Assembly (NCBI RefSeq): GCF_000315625.1
Contig: NW_005434586.1
Location: forward strand, 57,109-121,108
DNA from: Guillardia theta CCMP2712
Lineage: Eukaryota > Protista > Cryptophyta
Direction: 5' to 3'
DNA: 64,000 nucleotides
In this document: positions 50,701 through 60,240 of the stretch, piece by piece
Position numbering within the stretch: position 1 is the first letter of the stretch
Layout: each line of letters starts with the position of its first letter
Program-made: the position numbers and the translations under genes
The notes under the pieces: model-generated
Seen by the model: the letters and a program-made list of their open reading frames with translations, nothing else
What the model was told of the DNA's origin: nothing
The model's database searches: none

Positions 50701-53700
50701 AGCACACAACCAACACAAGTCAGCAAATGCGATACCTCCTCGTACAACGTCTTGGGGTCCTCCTTTGAGTTTCTACCGGACAAGCTTCGATCCATCAACG
50801 CCACATACACGGTCAACGTCAAGGTGGTGCCCTTGAACTATGTATGCCTGACACAAGTTACGGCACCAGTAGGCGGATGCTTGCCAGATGAAACAGACAT
50901 CAAAGCGTCCACAGCTTACACCGCTATCCAAGTAGTGGTTTACAGGGAGCTTGTATCGCTCCCGTCTGTCAACCTTGCCTTGATGTCAAACTCAAAGACG
51001 GTGGCTGGAAACCTTCCTCAAATGTTGACTCCCATTTCGATCAACATGTTGGATCCAAACCAACAGGTTGTGTTCAATGCCACCGTCGGCATTACATGCA
51101 GTGGAAAGTGCGACGAGGCAGTGAACTCAGTACAGACGATGACTTGGAACATGTTGCGAGGAGGCTCGTCAGGGTGTCAAACCGAGAGCGATTGGTGCAA
51201 CCCAGCCAACGTGCAGGGGGCAAAGGAGGTGGTCGCTCCCAACACGCTCTTGGAGCCTTTGACTTCTTGCCAATGCCAGACGACTTGTTCTCTCACCACT
51301 CATCAGCTTTGCTCCTGCTTTGCATACCTCGTCATCAAGCCCTGTGTGCTCAAAGGCTCTCAGATCTTCACCATGGTGTTCGACGTGATCGACAGTGGAG
51401 GCAACGTCGTCAGTGCAAGCCTGAACTTCCAGGCGTACCAACAGCCGAGTGGGGGTGAATTGATCGTGACTCCCACCGCCGGCAAGTCGCTCGAGACGGA
51501 ATTCACCATTGAGACCAGCGGCTGGGCCGGGAGTTGCACATCAATGTTCTTCTACTTCTCCTACAGCTTTCAGAACTGCAGCAACTCTTTCTGTGTAGTC
51601 CCGATCTCCTCGGCATCTTCTCAGAGGGTAGTCAAAACAGTCTTCCCTTCAGGAAACTTGACCGTCACTGTTCACGCTCAGTGCGGGACTCTGCCGTCTT
51701 GTACCTCGTCATCGTTGTCTGCTTCCGTGCAGGTGGAGGCGGCGACGTCGGCCGCTCAAGCTCAATTCATCGAAAAATTCCTTGGAAGCAGTCTCAACAT
51801 GGACAACGTGCAATCGAACTTGGTCGTGCTGTCTGCAATTGCTTCGAGTCCCCAAAGTCAGCCTCACTTGAACGCATGCCTCAACATACTACAGAACTCA
51901 TGGATGCGATCCAATTCTATCTTGCTCTCTCCACAGATCTCTACCATCCTCGGCCTCTTCACATCCAACGGCGCGCAACTCGATGCGAACGGGTTGTCCA
52001 TCACCTCGAACCTCGTGAACAACATGACCTCAGCCCTGGTCCTCTCCTCTGCCGATAGCTCCTTCTCCACCTTCATCTCCAGTCAAGGTCGCTCCCTCGC
52101 GCTTCTTTTCGGAGTCATTCTCCAGGCGAACCAGAAGACATCCGTGCGGTTTCTTCACCCCGCGTACATGAGCTTGCAGCTGAGCAGGAGAGCCGGGGCT
52201 CTCAGCACCCAGCAGCAGCGACTGCTGACGAACCTCAACGGGTTGGTCGTGCAGAGCTCCATCCTCAGCGTTGCCGATCTCTTCCCTGGTTCACCTCCTG
52301 GCAACGTGTCCATCCCGGGATACTTCTACGCGGAGGTCTGGGTGCTCCAGGGGCTGGATATGCAGACGGGTGACTTTGCAGCTTCTCTTGACAGCAGGGC
52401 TGCCTTCCAACCGTGTATCACTGCGCGCGATGTCGCCACCTGCTGCCTGTCCAGTCAGCAATGCTGTGTCGATAGCCAGTGCCAGTACCCTTCGAGTGTA
52501 GAGGTTGCCTTCGGCTTTACCATAGTCCAGCAGAACATGTTTCCTTCGCTCTCGTCGGACGTCTACGAGGTGGAGCTGGGCATGTTCCCCGGCGACCCCT
52601 TCCAGCTCCTCGACTCTCGAGCCATCCTCAACGGGACGGCAGTCGTTCATGTCACCAAGAGGCCAGCAGTCGCAGTGGAGGACGTGTCTTACATCATTCG
52701 ATTGCCCATGAGTGAGGCTCTGGCAGTCTCGATGCTCGAGAGCAAGGAGTTTGCGCCTGCGTGCTTGCGGTGGAATCCCTCGACCCTCAGCTGGTCGACC
52801 TTCGGGGTGACGCAGAGCAGGGGCTTCACTGCGACCAAGAGGATGTGCGCCAACACCTCGAGCGCGGTCACGTGCTCGTACTTCATCGAGTGCTCCTCCT
52901 CCTACACAGGGTACTTCACCATCGTGAAGAGCAAGCTGGACTGCTTCGGGGTCCCCCTGGGCTCGGCAGTCTTGGACGCCTGCGGGGTCTGTAACGGCGA
53001 CAACTCAACGTGCTCGGGTTGCAACGGCATCCCGAACATGTACGATGCGGGAGTGAAGCTGGACAAGGCTTGCTCGGGGCATGGGCAGTGCCAGGGGTCG
53101 CCGCAGTGTGTCTGCTGCTCGGACAACAAGTACGAGATCAGCTACACCAGCCCCGACGGCCAGGTCTTGACCACCTGCCCCTGGTTCGGGGTGATGTGCA
53201 ACCAGTACTGCAGCCCCGGGCCACGAGCGGCTCGTCCTCGCTCGGAGCGACTCAGACGATAGACTGCAGCTCTCATGGGAGGTGCGAGACTGTGAACGGA
53301 ACCCTGACCTGCGCCTGCGACTTGGGATGGGAAAACTCGGACGGGAAGTTCTGTAACAAGGAGGTTGTGGTAGTGCAAAGCTTGAGCCGATCGTTGCAGC
53401 TCTTCTTCTATGCTGGTCTTCCAATCATCTGCTGCTTCCTGCTCATGTTCACGTTCCTGTCGTGGAGGCACGTGTCAAGGAAGCATCGGAACATCTTGAA
53501 GGTGAGCAAGGAGGTGAACAGGTCGCTGTTGGAGTTGGAAACAAGCAGCCAGGTAGCAGGCGAGGTTCAAGAGCTGAGCGAAGAGAGCTCGACGACTCAT
53601 TCGCATCCTGAGGATCACAATGTGCCAGAGGTTGGCAAGGATGAAGGCTCCAGGGCCATTCAGCTTGTAGCTGGGAAGGAGCTGGAGATTCCTTCGGTAA

Positions 53701-54191
53701 CCGCCTTCTTGACTACGTCAAAGTTCGAGGCGATCTCGGACACCTGCCCCTCAGACCCGGTGGTGATGAAGACGTTCCAACGGCTGGAGAGGCTCAAGCA
53801 AAAGATCAGCTCCGACAAGTCCTTCCGGAATGTTGCCGAGACTTTTCACGATCACGTCGACATGAACAAACTCGCAAAGGCGGGTGAACGCATGCCGACG
53901 TCGCTCAAGAAGGCCAAGGTGGAAGAAGATGCCCAAGTTGAAGTGCCAGGAGGCTTCATGCAGCAGCGCCAGCGCAAGATGATGGCAATAAGCCAAGGGA
54001 GAGCAGCCTCTGCACTGCCAAGCTTCATGGAGCGGAAGAAAGAGATGATCAGGAGGAAGAAGAGCCATGAGGTGGTCTTGTCGTCAGGCTCGAACAGAAA
54101 GAAGGACGCAGGCACAGAGCAAGACAAGTCAACTTCAACTTCCTCTGAAGGAAAATCATCCAGCAACGAGGGCGCGATCGCTTCAGTGTGA
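29770..54191 (+). CDS. Giant (~8,000 aa) type I membrane protein: many Ig-like repeats, PAN-like and EF-hand inserts, EAR/EPTP-like repeats, REJ domain, GPS-like motif, Cys-rich/EGF repeats, one TM, charged cytoplasmic tail
   Basis: ORFs 29746-32229, 32235-49709, 49734-~49840, 49885-53262 and 53010-54191 are joined by short introns (32226-32278, 49692-49742, 49841-49884, one near 53215-53270). Recurrent motifs QP..., D.FGN and G.A.F.DL.I...G.Y.L.F. REJ-type LDASKS and PSGGELIVTPTAG..LETEFTI..SGW. TM LFFYAGLPIICCFLLMFTFLSW. Confidence 0.85.
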
Positions 54192-54287
54192 AAGTGAAGA
54201 CACAAGCTCGAAGGGACAGCGATGTTCCTAGTTGGTACAGTTTTTGATAGTAAAGCTAATGTAGTCTGCTGCTGGTGCAACCGATCT

Positions 54288-55604
54288 CTACCGATCGCCG
54301 AAGTCTCCAGGTGTTCCGATCTCTGGGCCCTGGGGCACAACGCTCGACTGCAACCAGCCTTACCATCCACCCTCCCTCATCACCCTCCCTCATCCTCTGT
54401 CTCATCCTCATCCTCCTCTCCCACCCCCCGCGACACCCCTCCTCTCTCCCCCGCCGCCCCCCCAACTTCTTTGTACCCTTGGCTTACCTGCACGTCCAAC
54501 ACACGCTGACTCTCCTCCCACTCCGGCTGACCGGCATCGCTGTGGGTCCACATGGTGAGGTCGGTAGGGATCACGTGGGTGGCACAATGCTGTCCCGGTC
54601 CCATGAGACCAACTTTGCACAACCGCAGGGCCTGCCATCCATGTGACTCCACCACCACAACCATCACCACCACCACTTCCTCCTCCACCACCACCACCAC
54701 CTCCTCCTCCTCCTCCTCCACCACCACCACCACCACCTCCTCCTCCTCCTCCACCACCACCACCAGCATTTCCTCCTCCTCCTCCACCTCCACCACTTCC
54801 TCCTCCTCCCCGCTCACTCACCTTGTCCGCCTCCTCCTGCATCTGGTAAGTGAACCCGCTCCATGCCAGGGACTGGCGGATCTGACGCCTCTGCTGGCGT
54901 ACAGCCGGAACTGCTTGTTCGTTCGAGAACATGAGTCTGGTCATGACGACCAACGCTAACGCAACGACTGCGAGGAGAGCATACGACAAGTGCGTCCTCG
55001 CCCTGCTCGGCCCCGCCCCCCTTTCAAAGGTGCCGTCTACATCGAATGGGCCAGTCAGCCAGAGCGACAACTTGCCAGGAACAGAGGAGATTCGTGAAAA
55101 GTCATGAGACCAGGAAAGAAGAAGAGAAGTGCGTTGAGACGGAAGACCCTCACGGAGTAGAAAGAAGAGTAAAGAAAGGAAGAGAACAGTAAAGAATCCA
55201 TTTGTCACCGAGACAAGGCGCACAGGAAAAATGGGATAAGAAACATTGAAACAAAAGAAGGCATGTCATGTTCAAACAAGCACTTGGACAAGAGTGAGAA
55301 GATGAAGTGCACAAAGAAGAAAAGAGAAGCGACATGGAACATAACTATCTTCATGAGAAAGAGAGATCGGTCAAAGAAAAAAAATTATGGAGGGTCGAGC
55401 CGAAGGAGGAGAGTACGAGAAAACCCGAGGAGGGCTGGAGCGTGTAAGAAGATGAGGAGGAAGCGGAGTAGCAGGAACCGTAAGAGAGCATGTGAAAGTG
55501 CAGGAACAGGAAGGGAAGCGCAATCTTTCATCAACAGAGCACAATGGCTGCATGGATCTCGTTGCGCCACCTCCCCTGCCGCCATGAAACTCACAAGCTG
55601 CCAT
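54288..55604 (-). CDS. Small type II membrane/secreted protein of unknown function, ~4 exons
   Basis: A micro-exon ATGGCAGCTT (55604-55595) spliced to ~55038 gives MAAYGTFERG...LSYALLAVVALALVVMTRL. Further exons at ~54488-54631 and ~54288-54347. Confidence 0.45.
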
Positions 55605-55729
55605 TGAAGAGCCGACGCCAAGAGACATGCAATACCCCTACCCCCTTCTACATATGAACCTGCTATCATGGACCCCTTCCAAGACCTATTTTCACCCCCT
55701 ACTTTCCCTGGTCGGTACCGTGTGTTTCA

Positions 55730-56300
55730 TAACGAGGCGGACTCCGGGCGCCCGCAGCTTTCCACTGGCGTGACCGTGGGCCCGGCCCGGGCCAGCCTGC
55801 CCCCTCCGAGGCGGTCCGACCATCACTGAGTCACGCCGTGGCTGGGCCAACGCCCGGCCCGGCCCGGTGCGGCGCACCGTGCGTCGGGCCCCGGTGGCCC
55901 GGGAGCCACTGTGACCCGGGAGCCACTGTGACCCGGCCCGGGGGAGTCCGGCGGAGGCTGCCGGGGCAGGCCGGGCACCGTGGCGGCTCCCGGGGGCGCG
56001 GCGGCCCACGGCGGCGGCCGTGACGGCCGCCGCCCCTGCGTGCGACTCGGAGTCAGGAGCGGGCCCGGCGGCCCGGCCGCACTGTGCCGGGCACTGGCAT
56101 GCCATGCCAGTGACGGGCCATGCCAGTGACAGTGAGTCACTGGCTCAGTGAGTGCCAGTTCCGAAGTTCACTGCCAGGACGGCTCATTGCGGATCCGATG
56201 CCACTGATCCGATGATCATCCGGAATGTCAGTGTCGCCCCGCCCGGCGGATGGGCACAGTGATCACCCACCCAGTGACCCTCAGGATGCCCTCGGATTAC
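55730..56300. promoter_or_regulatory. GC-rich, palindrome-rich island upstream of the small minus-strand gene
   Basis: Same word composition; contains a 17-nt tandem duplication at 55898-55936. Confidence 0.45.
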
Positions 56301-56399
56301 CGTTAAGAACTTTGATCAGTAACGAGTCTCAAAGTCACTGTTTGTATGTAGGCTGCGAGCCTGTTGGCGGATACTCTACAAGCCTGAGGACGTCCAGTC

Positions 56400-58660
56400 A
56401 ACTTGAGCTCCCCAGGGTGTTTGCCGGAGGATCTCAACAAGATTGTCCCGTTTCACCTAAGTGTCCAAGCGACTTCAGTCGGGCCCTCAAGAGTTCGTCC
56501 TCTCACCTTGTCCGCCAACGATGCCCACAGCTCGACCTTGCTCCGCGCGTGCTTGGATTCTTGAAAGGCCTGCTGTAGGACCAGAGTTGGACGGAGCGAG
56601 CAGAAGCTAGATCGAACCATCTCTCTGACGGACAAGGCGGAAGCTGAGGAGGAGCACCAGCACTCGATCCAAGACACCATGGTCCCGAGACACACCTACC
56701 GCAGGCAAAATTTGAGGAGGCAAGGTAGAGAAAGCTGCAAGACCAGACCTGTCGCACGAACGCATCGTCGTCTGAACCAGCAGCGCAAGGGTCGACCAGG
56801 AGAGCATCGCGCACATCCAGCAGTTGAGTATGCCCAGCGTGAGGTAAGGTAGCCTGCAGGCACATTCAGCACGGTTCCCAGCTCCTTCAACTCCTCCACT
56901 GCGTACAAGAAGTCTTGGCGCTCCCGACTTCTCCAAAGCCGAGTAGAAAGCTACATAGTTGGCTCCGTACGGTGCACACATCCCTTCATCCGCCTGTAGA
57001 GACACGATCACTCTCTTCCATTCTTAGCTTGTGGACGCACCTGAGCCCCGACGATGGCGACGGGGACTCGCAAGTTTGTGAGGAGAGGTAGCATGGTGTC
57101 CTGGACGGCCAGTCAGTGAGAGGGAGAAGGAGGATAGTCCTACAGGTTCATAGTTGGTGCTGTCGACGGGGTCGAAGAGGACAAGAGCTCCAACTCGGCC
57201 CTTCGGTCCGGATTTGGAGAGCCAACGGTTCAGTGCCTGGAAACGAGAGCTCTGCCTCACCTTGAAGGCGCTCGCTGCTCCAATCGCGAGCTTAGCTCCT
57301 CGTGAGTGACCCACGAAGATGACAGGAAGCTCTTGATCCAGCTCAGCCATGTCCGACACAATGGGTGGCGGGGTGACGCCCTCAGCTGACGCCGGGCTGA
57401 CGGGACTGACACCTGCTGGTTGAAGTTTGACCGCTGCCGATGCAGCGGACGATGAGCGAGGAATTTTGCCTGCAGCTGTCAGGAGCTCGTTGCTCTCTAA
57501 GGCTGCTACAGAGTCTCTTTCCGCCCGCATGATCTGCCGGATGAATCGCCTAGAGCTCGAGCCCGATGTCCCAGCACCTACCCCTGACTTCAGAACCAAT
57601 CCAAACACGGTCCACGGCGAATGCAAAGAAATACCTCCTCGGATGCTGCTGCTGCTGCTGCTGCTGGTGCTGCTGGTGCTGGTGCTGCTGCTGCTGATTC
57701 CAACTTTCTCATATCTCGGAGATGTTTCAACCACTGCAGACGACAAGCAGCAAACCACCTGTCAGATTCCCTAATGAAGGAGAGCTCCTGCTCGTACTGC
57801 AAGGCCTTCTTCGTCTCCCGGATAAGATCGCTAACACCTGCGGCCCTAGCCTTGTGAGGCTGCCTCGTTCGCCCTGTCCTCTACCTTCTTTGATCGTCTT
57901 GGGATCTACAATCGTGCTCCCATCCTCGAACAGTCTGACCGCGTAACCCAGCTGCTGTAAAGCCCTGAAGACATCCGGTATCATGAGCGGAGTAACCACA
58001 AACGAAGGCTCGTCACTTCGCATAGCTGTCGTACTGGAACGAAGGGATCATGAAGCCTCCAGCAATCATCACAACCGCGATCGGGGTATGATTCCCCGCT
58101 GGATTATAATGCAGTCGATGCTCTGCTCATGAGTCAGGTTGGCTGCACGCCAGATAGCGGGTCACCTGGTCGAGATTCCAACGTGGTTTGAACGAGCTTG
58201 CTGGTTCGTCTCTTCCTCTCGCCCTGTGCCTCGGCGCCTTGAGGAGCCAGGAACTGCTCAGAGGTCATTCGATTTCTCCCTCCTCTGTGGGTCACCAGTG
58301 CTCCCATTCCTCTTCCTAGCACCTCCAAGTACTCCGATCTTGAGACCCTCGAAGCCTCTCCCACCATCTTTCAACCAACTCATCAGCCCAGGCCGAATCA
58401 AACATTTGTTTACAAACACACGTTCGTCAACACTTTCCTCTTACTTGGACCACAACGCAATTTTATCCCCTGTCGCACAGTGTGAATCGCTTCTGCCAGA
58501 AAAACTACGAACTACGAGAACTACAACTCACATTGATGCCTATACGAGGAGTCAAGAGTGGCGTGAAGACGAAGCAGGAGATTGAGTCTTGTTGTATCGT
58601 CGAACTTTTTTGAAGCAAAAGGCTTAAGAAAATGCCACACATTGCAAACTTAACGCTCAT
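56400..58660 (-). CDS. Chlorophyllase-like alpha/beta hydrolase, possibly with a bipartite plastid presequence; ends approximate
   Basis: VVMIAGGFMIPSFQYDSYA, nucleophile VGHSRGAK, LFDPVD (Asp), CAPYGANYVAFY and AGHTQLLD (His) match chlorophyllase-family motifs in order. The putative first exon MSVKFAMCGIFLSLLL...ISCF resembles a signal peptide plus Phe. Confidence 0.75.
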
Positions 58661-59109
58661 GGTCTCCTGTCCTGCTTCGTAAGTTCCTACAAAATTCTCG
58701 ACTGTTGCCCTCCCCGCAGTAAAAGCCGTGGCTCTGTTTCCCGCTTGCTTTCTCCACTGCTCTTCCTTGCTGTTCTCTCCCTCGTCTCCCTCCCTCTCCT
58801 CCCTCTCCTGGCGATTCCTCGTCGCCAAACAGACCAGGTGACGGAGAACTGACCGAGAACGGGGCGCTAGTACACCATTCCAGGCCTCGTACAAAGTTGT
58901 AAAAGATAGTCAACATGGATATAAAACTCATTTTAGAATTCAGTTATTGAAGGTATTTTTGCTCAATAAAGATGAGTAAACAAGTTCACTGTTTGTTAAG
59001 GAAATTTGGTGGAGGTGTCCCAATATGTATTAACAAATTTGAAATATTCAAAATATATTTGATATATGAATCATCAGCGGGTCATCTAGCATCACGGGAT
59101 TTTTGAAGC

Positions 59110-59930
59110 CTAGAAATTGGGGTAGCATTAGGGATTTGATGGGGTGGTGAACATGAAATGGCTTCCAAACAGGGTGGGTCCTTTTTCAAATTCACGACCT
59201 TGGTGTTGGACATCCACCTACCCCCACCCAATGAATACACGTACCCCACATCCATCAACCAATCATGTCACTCAAATGGGGGTAGGGGTTATTGAACATT
59301 TGATCATGATTTCACTCAAGCGCACCGGTGTTTCCATCACCCCACCCCCCTCTTTGACTCAGGCAAGCAGCCTCCGTTTCAGGCTAGACCCACCCCCCCT
59401 TTACCTTTTGAAAACAGATCTTCATCCCCACCCTGTCTCGATCGCAACAATTGGTACCTCCACCCCTCAACCCACCGGGAACAATCTTACTACCCCACCC
59501 TCCTAGAAGCAGAATCTACTACCCTCTATTTGGCGCTAGTTCTAGCGTCTTGAATTCAGCACACTACCCTATCCTTTGACCACTCTTCCACCTACCCTAC
59601 CCTACTTCACCAGGTCCAAGGGTCAAACCACCCACTTACATTTTACCCCTACTACCTCCACTTTACCGTGCATGCCACCCCTATCCGAATCAGATATTCA
59701 ACAGGCGTACCACCCCTTGAGTGCCTCCATCCCCACTTCTACCCCCACCCCTTCATCCGCTCAAAATTTGAAGCATCCCACCCCGTGCCCCACAAACTAC
59801 CTCCGATTCTTGTGACTACCCCTGCTCGACTTCACCCCTACCCGTAGAATAGAACTGGGCTATGACACCCCTACCCCCGATTGCAAGCATATTTTCGATC
59901 CACCCCTACACCAAACCACCCCCCTTGCTC
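59110..59930 (-). promoter_or_regulatory. Dense cluster of (C)ACCCC/CCCCTAC motifs (GGGGTRG on the minus strand) between divergent genes
   Basis: More than 20 dispersed, non-tandem copies visible; G-quadruplex-prone on the minus strand. Confidence 0.45.
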
Positions 59931-60240
59931 CCTGGTTTCTTCGCTCCTTACCTGAGTGAGACTTCGCTAATGGTGCGTCCTCGGCGGCTCGCGTCGTCCT
60001 GTCGTAGCCTTCCGCACATGCTCCCGCTCTCTTAGCCCTCTGCTTCCTCCATGCAGTCGTTCTAAGTGCCTTCCCGCTCCTCCTGGCAGAATGCTCCTTG
60101 AGGATACCCGGTGAAGCTTTCACGGTCTGCAAAGAGGTCCATTTGAATACCACGGTTACTCTGAAGGCGATCTGGCATACTAGCTTGACGAATCTGATAG
60201 AATCTAGCTGTCCAGTTGCAACCCAGTGATATTTGGAAGA

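Noticed and set aside
29746-54191. Treating the four long ORFs as separate genes, or as prophage/viral DNA
   Set aside because: Short introns join them in frame with a continuous signal-peptide-to-TM architecture, and there are no viral or transposase hallmarks.
59110-59930. Possible telomeric repeat or CRISPR-like array
   Set aside because: The motifs are dispersed and variable, with no tandem unit and no constant repeat-spacer period.
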